Assembly (NCBI RefSeq): GCF_009914755.1
Contig: NC_060939.1
From: the human T2T-CHM13v2.0 reference genome, Homo sapiens
DNA: 64,000 nucleotides
Direction: 5' to 3' (one strand)
Positions 54,554-64,000 of the stretch are shown piece after piece. A program made the translations under genes and the position numbers. Below the pieces are notes generated by a model that saw nothing but the letters and a program-made list of their open reading frames with translations, made no database searches and was not told where the DNA came from. Numbering within the stretch: the stretch's first letter is position 1; the number at the start of each line of letters is the position of its first letter.

Positions 54554-54895
54554 TGGCTAACAGTTTTTTAAATGAGAATTGAATTGTAATGAGTTGAAAA
54601 TATGCCTCTGTTGCTGCTTTTGGAAGTAGTGGAGGTAGCATTAGGTGGTAAGTTGAAGGCAGCAGTATCTGGAAGAGAGAAGAGGGGCATGTGGCTCCAC
54701 TGATGTCAGGAATGTCCCAATAGGTTATCTTGAGCTAGGGGAAGAGGACTTAGAGAAATTCTCTTTCTCAATCCTGTCTAAATGTAGAGTAGAATAATTG
54801 CCCTCTATTTTCCTAGCTGATAAACTGTCCACATTGCTCTTCACAAGGATCCTTGATCTCCTGGGTATCTGAAACTTTAGGTTCTACTTCTAAAC

Positions 54896-55426
54896 TGATG
54901 GTGAACCCCAATATTGGGGCCCAGACAAGGAGTGTTCTTGGCATCATGCAGGAAAGAATTCAAAAATGAGCCAACGGAGTAAAGTGAAAGCAAAGCAAGT
55001 TTATTAGAGCAACAGAGTACAGGAAAATGCCTGCTCCGTGACAAAGCAGGGCTACCCCATAGGCAGAGTAGCACTTGTGGATCTAGCACCAGTTAGCTAG
55101 ATTTATAGCTACTCCTTAATTATATGGTAAATAATTTTCTAGAAAAGGGATGTGGATTTCCTGGAACTGAGGGTTTCTTTCCTTTAAACCATGTAAGATA
55201 ACTTCCAGGCATTGCCATGGCATTTGTAAACTGTCATGGTGCTACTGGGAGTGTCCTTCAGCATGTTAATACATTATAATTAGTGTATAATTAGCAGTGA
55301 GGGCAACTAGAGGTTGCTTTCTTCCCCATTTTGATTTTAGCTGGTTTCTTTACTACATCCTGTTTTGATCAGTGGGATCATAACCCCACTGATGTGGAGA
55401 ACAAGTCCTGCTGATCTCCTACCTCA
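54896..55426 (-). mobile_element. ERV1 solo LTR (MER50-like) with 4-bp TSD aaac
   Basis: TG...CA termini. Minus strand starts tgaggtaggagatcagcaggacttg. TSD copies at 54892-54895 and 55427-55430. Confidence 0.85.
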
Positions 55427-57110
55427 AAACTAATGAGAGAGGGCCCATTTTTCTAACCTATGAACTTCTATAGCTAAGATTTCCTTATCTCAGAATTATG
55501 AATAGGTAAACAATCAATTTGTATTCAGAAGAAGTTGCAAACACATCATATGAGAGCTATCTAGTGAATGATTTAATATTATTTTATCTTGCCACATATT
55601 TCTCACATTTTAAAGCTTACCTCTTTTAAAATATTCAGGCTTACATCTATCTTGCTTTCCTTTTTGTTTCTTTATATCTACCCTGTCCTGATTATTCAAA
55701 TTCTTGGCATCAGCAAACCTTGTTGCTAAGATCTTTAATCATTGCTTAGCTGCCATGACTACAGCTACCTTGCTTTGCACATTGCAAAGCACTTATACAC
55801 ACACACAAGCACACAAATTCTTTAAGTTCTGTTCAGAAATACCACAGTCCCTTTGGCCTCTCCTAGACCTCCTCATTTCTAGAGCCCTTCACCTAATCTC
55901 CATTCTTGATTCCCATTCCCATGAGCTGAATGACGAAACACAAATATCCTACTGACCTCAATTTCCTGTCCTGCCTTTTTCACTCCTTGTTTCCTCTAGA
56001 TCTGTTTCTTCACCTTCCCTTCCTTTTTTTCCTTCCTTCCTCCAGACCAAAATATATATTTGTTCTAGCACTTCAGTAATTCTCTTCAAATATTTAAATC
56101 TCATTCTCCTTTCCTGTTTTTATTGTATGCTCCGGAAGCACATCCAACATTCTGGCTTTTAGGCTTCAACATTCAACACTGGAGAAAACTCATAATAGTC
56201 CAGCGTAGTGTCACTACAAGTTCAGAGATCCACCCCACACTGCTTGGCAATGCCACTATGGGTCCAACTCGAGGCTGTCTCTCATTCCTCACAGGTGCAA
56301 TTTCAAACTTTTACTACCCCACCAGTACACTGTGCACCACCTCTTCTCTGAAGAAGGAAATTCCTAGCTAATTTTTCTCACCACCAACAAGGCTTATCTG
56401 CAAGATATTTTTATTATCTTACTCAGAGCAAGTCACATTCTTATTTATGCTTGAAGCTAATTATTCCACATAGACTCCGGATCTCATTCTCTTCCGTTTC
56501 AGCAGGGGCCTCTCTCCTTTACCTATGTCTCTTATAAAATTTTATTCTTATTGTTTTTTAGACTTTTTCTCCAAGGTTTTGTCTGTGGTCACATATTTAT
56601 CTCTCTCTTTTTGAGTAATCTAATTTATTCCATAATTTCGGCTGCCACATATATACTGGAATTTTTTTTGATCTACATCAACATGTTCAGAATGCTTTTG
56701 AAACTTCAGATAGGTCTACCTAATTACCTTCTAGATTCCTCCTTTTCTCTTTCTCACCCATTAGTCAATAAGTTCCAACAATTTTACTTATTAACTCTTT
56801 AAGTTAATAAGTAAACTGCCAAGTCATTTAGAACACAAATGTAACCAAGTAATCCTATGTTTAAAATCTTTTAAATGGTCCTTATCATGTTTGGTTTCAA
56901 TGCAAACTCCCTGACATGACACACAAAACTTTTCATGATTTGACCCCTGCATTTATCTCTCTAGTCTTTTATTTCCCAAAGTATGTTCAGAAGAACACTT
57001 ATCCTGTGAAAAGTCTGGCACGATGAGATGGGGGAACAGGAAGGGAATGGAGGGCTTTAGCAAGTTCAAATCCATTTAAGAAACTAATGCTTTAGTATTA
57101 CCTCTTAGAG

Positions 57111-57300
57111 AAGTGGTTCTCAAATTGGTTTCTGGAGCAGAAGCACCAGCATTATTTGAAAGGTCACTCTCAATACACATTTTCAAGCTTTACCCTAGAC
57201 CTACTGAATCAGGAACCATGGGTCCCAGGACCTAGCAACCTGTCTGTGTTTGTGAGCTTTCCCAGTGGGGCTGATATACACTAAAGTTGGAGAACCACAA
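57111..57300. mobile_element. MER5A with 8-bp TSD tcttagag
   Basis: TIRs agtggttctc...gagaaccac. TSD copies at 57103-57110 and 57301-57308. Confidence 0.85.
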
Positions 57301-57515
57301 TCTTAGAGAATCACCATGCACATTAGCATATTAAAGGCTTCAGGAAATCTGAAAATAACGTATTTAACTTTGTTTAAGCAAAAATTTTGAAGTTAGTTGA
57401 GCCCTTGTGTGTGTAAGTACATGATACTAACATAGAGTAGAACAAACGTTGGAGAAGCACACTTCATCAAAAGCTGTTATAGCCCATTTTACTCATAATT
57501 ATTCAAATATAGTAG

Positions 57516-57860
<345 letters not shown>

Positions 57861-60800
57861 CGTCTTTGCATTTTTCTACCAGAGGTCTCCTCCCAACCCA
57901 AGTCTTGTCAGCTCCTTAGAAGCAGCGTTTCACAATTACATGTTTATTGAATGAATACATTGAATGCCACAGAAATATTTTATAACAGTTTTAAAAGTAT
58001 TGTATAAGTTCCACTAAGTTGAAGATATCATTTGTTATTTCAATACTGTCTTTTGCATGTAATGGCTCTTTCTATATACTGATCTCTTCTTGATGGAATA
58101 TACTTATATTTTCTTATGTGATATCATGAAAGTGTAATATACATCCCATCAGCTTGTCTGTAAAAACTTTTCTCTATATGCTTTTCTGTAATGAAATGAC
58201 TTTGTAAACATGACCATTGGAACTTTCTTCAGATAATCCTATAACCTGGCAACTTTCCACTTTCAAAAAATTACCTCCCCATTATACCCTTACAGATTTT
58301 CTGTAAAGTCTGTTTCTTCAATAATCTATTAACAAAATAATTTTAGTCACTATTATAATAATTACTATAATTATGATTGATTTACTGGGTCATATTTTAA
58401 TAAATGTATTTTTATTTGCTATTAAATGATTTATAATTACCATATTTTCTTGATATAACAAATGTTATTTCATAACATTATTCATAGTAATGTTTCAGTC
58501 AATATGAATATACTTATTATAAGCTTTTCTTAATTTCTACTACAATAACCTTAATTTTTCCAATCATAAGGTTAAATGCCCTATTAGATTTCTAGGGTAT
58601 ATTAAAAAGTTTCACATAGAGAAACTTAATTCTTAAGAAATTGAGTAAATATTATAATACACCAGATGAGACCTCATCCTTTCAGCATGCAGTCTATTAC
58701 AATACGCTATTAAAGTAGGGAAAGCCTGGTTTATGATAGTATTGTGTGCTATATAAAAACTTAATGATTCAACATCCAGTTTGATTTATTCTAATGCAAC
58801 AAACGTTATATGATGTGAAAAATAGCATCATCAGTAATCTTCTGGTGTCATAAAAAAGAGTGATGGAAGTACAATTTGCGACAGGTAAGGGACTTGGGAA
58901 TGAATGCATATTTCAACTACTTCTGTCTCTCCTCCTTTCCATGTCACTCTTTGCAAAAATGATAAGTGGCTGTGATGTTACACATATCATGTGTAATAAT
59001 TTTCTTTCATTTAATCACATTACTTAAAATATGTAAGACATATATTTTGGCTATGTACATATGACGATAATTAATGATAGTGTTCTAATACAAATATCTC
59101 CCCACTGTGGCTATTAGAAGTAGTTTTATTTATCACCTTCACAACTCACCAGGTTATCTGGATTTCTAAATCCTTTAGAAATCTATTGAGCTTAATATAA
59201 TGCACAAATAATTACATTATAGTAGTGATAACAAAATTCTGTTTACAAAATAAAAATAAATTTTAATAAAATTTCTAACTTAAAAGGCAGCAAAGCTTGA
59301 CATTTGTAAGCCTGCATTACTGTCCATTACTTCCTAAAGATTCACTAATATAACCCAGGAATTGAAAGAAGAAGCTTGCCAAGAACTTTCAAGTTGTTCT
59401 CGGGGATCATATATACATACTTCTTAAAATCCTTTGGAGATTGCTTATCATTTATTCTGGATATTTGAAGTATTTTGTGTCAGCCACTAATTTTTTTTTA
59501 CCATTTTAATCTAGTTCTGCAAGTTTTAACATCTGTTGCATTTCAAACATAAATGTAAATCAAAGGCTCTTGGATGTATCCTAGGGAAATATATGCTCTT
59601 AAAAGTACATTATAGTCTAAGAATAGAGGTGTCTAGTACTAAGTGAGTTCACTATAGGACTGTCTTTCAAGTTACACGAGAATAATTAAATGACAACTCA
59701 ACAAAATATGGTTACATATCATGATTTGCACTGGAACATATGCATATACAACCATTCAGCCGAGAGGGTGGCTGATCTGGTCACAGCAGAAGACATGGCA
59801 ATTGGATATGGCAATAGTTTGGGCCAAATACAATCTAATACCCATTTTACATTAGAGTCTTTGAGTTTCTGGAGCCATAAGTTGATGTTTTCAAATATCC
59901 TGCACCTATAAGCTTGTAAAGGGTTTAGCAAAACTTTTCATATACTTAAGCGAAAATGTATCTCTGCCTATATTTTTAGCCAATTTTAACAAGTAAATGT
60001 AAAAGAAGTGCTCTAAGAGGAACACCCACCAAAATAAATGACCAGAATAGCTTATCTCTATGTTGTAAAGAATTGCATATGTTGAGTATGAAATTTATAT
60101 GTGAAACATTCAAGATTGATATTGTACTCTGTTAACCTCAAAGTAAATCTAGATCATCCTATGTCACATTCTGCTTTCTAGACTGAGAGTTGAAGACTTT
60201 GAGCAGTGTGGTAAATTGAGAAAGTTTCAAAGACATTTTAAAAAAAGGAAAAAAAGAGAAAAAGACAAACTTACAAAATTTTAGTTACCTAGATAAATTT
60301 GTGCGTAAGAAGGGAGAATTTAAGTCAATTAATGTTGCATATATAGTGTGGGATTTAACAGTACTGAGTTTGAGTAACAGTACTGACAGGCAGCTGTCAG
60401 TTCTGCATACTTACTGCTGATGTAACTTTGAGCAAAATATTTAGGCAAGATAAATTTTATGCATACACACACGCACACACAAACACACACCTTTGTACAC
60501 ACAAAATTCAATCTTCATCCTTGGAAGAAGCCACATTAAAGGCATAATTTCTAATAATAATAATTCTTAAGGTCATGAACTTGTAATCATCAGAGGCAGG
60601 AAAAACCTCTAATCCAGAACAACAACAACAGCAACAAAGCAATGGAAGTTAAACCAATATTTAAAAAGTGATTAGAAATACAAGCCAGGCCACTGTGAGT
60701 TTATTCTATGGGATGTCATTCAATGAAGAAAAGAAACCTGAGTTTAACAGCTTTGACTCCCATAATCTAAGTTTCATTTCCACAATCATTTTTCTTTGAT

Positions 60801-60879
60801 CTTCTATTTGACAGTGACATCTAACTAAAGTCATCCCATTTAACCTTTTCTTTTGCATGTTGCGTGAACTTGTGAGCAG

Positions 60880-61013
60880 AGTAAGAAACAGGATATTCCT
60901 CGTGAAGATCAGGGACCAACCACCAAGAATTTGGATTTTTGGCCCCAACTTATTACACTGATGGTTACTATTATTGATGAGGATAAAACTGCCTACACAC
61001 CTGTCCTGAATCA
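60880..61013 (+). CDS. UNC13C: UNC13C internal coding exon (134 nt, phase 0-2)
   Basis: Acceptor gagcAG|AGT and donor CA|GTaagt. Translates [44 protein letters not shown](Q), continuing the Munc13 sequence. Confidence 0.93.
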
Positions 61014-61559
61014 GTAAGTACAATGTTTTGGAAATGAATGGATTTTATTCCACTAAAGTTCAAATAATACATATTTTAAGCGCAACATATACTGACGACA
61101 ATAATAAACTTTTCCATAATTAAGCTATAGAAAATAGTATTTTTCAACTTTTATCAGTAAATATCAATTAAATGATATTATGAATTTTTAGTTTGAGCTC
61201 CATGGAGTATGATTCTTTGGATATGGAGAAAAATATTTTCCAAGATTTGATGTTTATGTAATGTAAAACTTTTCCTCCACATCCTTTCATAGCTATACCA
61301 TTGTCTCAAAAGAAAAAAATGTACACTCCCCCAAAACTAAAAATAATTTTGAAGAGCTAGTGTTAAACATATTGCATTGTGGCTTTTTAATAATAAAGAT
61401 TTGGCAAAAAACCTGCTTTCAAAATAGATGTGCATATTGATTTAACAAATTTAATAACATATTTAATAAAACAAGTTGATTTTCACAAAGTATAATCTAA
61501 AGTTCATGCCTCTAAGACATGGCAGATGAATTAAAATTCATGACTATTCTAGAAGAGAC

Positions 61560-61705
61560 CGTAAAAATCCTCATTTTATCAAAATACAACTAGCTGTGTG
61601 ACCTTAGGCAAATTATCTAATTTCCCTGGGTCTCAATTTCCTCCCAACTAAAATAAAGGTGTTATTATTAGATGATTTCCAAGATCCAATCCAACTTTAA
61701 TATTG
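61560..61705 (+). mobile_element. MIR (MIR3-like)
   Basis: tagctgtgtgaccttaggcaaatta...ctagatgatttccaagatcc-like core and tail. Confidence 0.72.
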
Positions 61706-63924
61706 CATATTTAGATTTTATTTTACACCCACATATTAAAGACCATAAAAGCAAAAATAACATCAGACTTCCAGCTAGGCACTTGCAGTCTGGTTAATGA
61801 AGAGGATTGTCTTGACAATATTAGTTAGACCTGAAATGTTATGGGTAGCAAAGATAGCAGAAATAGACAAACAATGAAGTAGAACAGTGAAGTAGACTCA
61901 GACTTACTATGGATAAATGACTGTATTCTTATCCTCTATACTGGTCAAGACCGTTAGGGTCATTGTTTATGTTCAGTCCAATTAAAATTCCAGTTAAAGA
62001 AGAAATACATTTAAGTATTTCAGTCTTCATCCTTTTCTACTTACTATTAACCACCCATTTTCAACAGTCCCCCAATTCCTCCTAATTGTGGAGAGAGTGG
62101 TCCTATTTTTGGTATACAATCATGATAATATCAAGTTTGCCCTTTCACTTTCTTCTCCCTTTTCCCCCACACCTAATTCTTATATCTGCCTTTTCTTCCT
62201 GATGGCCTTTGTGTTTCCTAATCTCTGTACAGACTTTGCTCTTCTATTCTCTTCTGTTAGGACTAGAAGATCTTCTCTTAATCTATAACATGTCGTCATC
62301 GCATCATGGGTCCTGGGAAGTACATCTCAGGTCTCTGACAGCTTTGTAGAATAGAGTTGTGTTTTCTTATTTACTCTTTGGACCTTTCTTGAGGACAGAG
62401 TAGTTTTCTGAAAGATTGGGAGACCGACAACTTGTTTCAAGACTGTGTCCTTGGACTGGGATAGGCCATTTTACAAATGGATACTGGATGAAAACAAACA
62501 TCTACTGAGAAACACAAATTCAGTTCTATGAAGAAACTTTGGCTTTAATAATCAAAGAAATTTCTTATGTTTACCAAGTATCTTAAATCAGGATTTGATC
62601 AGTAAAAATACATTATAAAATCATGGAAGAAATTAAAGTATCCATGATTTATTTGTAATCATGTGCCACAAAATATATACAAAGATTTTAGTTGACTTTA
62701 TGTAACTGTAGTAAAGAAACTGGAATAAATACGTTTATTTATGGCAAAAATAGATTTAAAATTATGAACTAAATTAAGCCTACCAAGTATAAAAATTAGC
62801 AATGACATGTGCAAAAGAGAAAATTGTTTTTGTTTTTTTCAATTTTGTTTTTAATGTCAGAGTTTAAGTCCACTTTTTTCCTTTGGAAACCTGTCCCTGA
62901 AAAAACCAAATGCCTTCCTCTATTTGGAATCCATTTTTTATTATTGTGTTTGGTCAGATTTTAAGGATGCTGTAAAACTTTTTTTCACATACTGAAGATC
63001 GTTCAATTTAGTTTCTCATTTAATTTAATAAATGCCTTAAGTGAACTCATCTGGAGACCAAGATGGCATCCTGGTGGCCAATGTTGCATTTGTATAATGT
63101 GGTGAGATTTCATTTATATCTGTTACTTTGTTTGAATACTGCATCGTCACATTTATGCTTAATTAATCATCTCCTTGGTTACCTAAACTAATGCAGAATT
63201 TCACAAAGTAAAAAATCCAGACCACTAGGGTAAGGATCACATGGGCTACTAGCTGGATTTGCAGATCTGAGCCCCATCCCAAATCTGTGGAGTCAGAAAA
63301 CCTGCAATTGACACAGAAGTCTGCAATATTAATAAACGATCCCTGTTATTGTGTCTTATGGTCACTAACAATGAAGGCACAGATCAATATGTGAAGGACA
63401 TGCTAAAAGTAGCTTGGGTTTTGTTTTAGAGGCAAAGGCAAGTGAATTTAATGATTTTAAAACATAGGACATTTTAAAATCTCTTTCAATGTAATCCCTG
63501 ATTATTGATTCAGATCATTTAGTGAAGTTCTTATTGTTATCATGAGTTTGAGAAATCATTGTAGGCTTTTGCTTACTCAAATTTGATAACAAGTTTACAG
63601 TGACGGTAGACTATAAGCATGAGGGAAAAGACTTGTATTTTGTTGACTAATGTATATTCAGGCATACATATTTGTTGAATGAATTAATAAATTAAAGTAA
63701 ATTTATACATGTAGTCAGTGTTTGTTCTGTCTATTCCCATGTTGATTTATTAATGAACTACAGTGTTTATTTGAGTAATATTTTCTCAATTTTTAAAATT
63801 ATTTATAATGAATTTTAGATGTTTTAGAAATTTCAATATTTCATTAAAACTAAATAGTATTAAGCAGAGTACTTTCAGATTTAGGTCCAGGTTTCTGTCT
63901 CTTTTTCTTTCTCTGTCTTTCTAA

Positions 63925-64000
63925 CAGGTTTATTGAGGTATAATTGAATATAATAAAATTTCACATATTTAAATAGTCTAATTTGAATAGTTCTGGCATA
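63925..64000 (-). mobile_element. Start of an antisense L1M 3' end running off the window
   Basis: tttattgaggtataattgaatataataaaattcacatatttaaa is typical of L1MB/MC tails. Confidence 0.6.

Noticed and set aside
60706-61023. 105-aa minus-strand ORF overlapping a UNC13C exon
   Set aside because: It is an antisense shadow of the coding exon with no independent support.
63928-64000. Next canonical UNC13C exon
   Set aside because: It reads FIEV-stop rather than the conserved FPQEL and resembles an L1M tail. It is kept only as a cryptic-exon candidate.

Overview
AT-rich mammalian genomic DNA, primate and most likely human (Alu J/S/Y, L1PB/L1MA/L1ME, L2, MIR, MaLR, ERV1 LTRs, MER3/MER5). It lies inside a + strand Munc13-family gene that I identify as UNC13C (Munc13-3). 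Three internal coding exons were read directly: 1601-1690, 6195-6323 and 60880-61013. They splice in frame with GT-AG boundaries and encode the N-terminal MUN-domain region ([30 protein letters not shown]|[43 protein letters not shown]|[44 protein letters not shown]). The rest is intron, including a 54.6-kb intron full of nested transposon relics. The ORF track misses the real exons and consists of repeat-derived or chance ORFs. I found no evidence of a new multi-gene system. The most interesting signals are splice-related: an atypical 3' splice site (NAGNAG, UGCAUG, embedded donor), candidate cryptic/poison exons, a UG repeat beside a cryptic acceptor, and a possible recursive site. There are also template-switch scars: a copied RT fragment inside an L1 and several perfect short palindromes. 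Repeat subfamily names come from recalled consensus features. Boundaries without a TSD are approximate.
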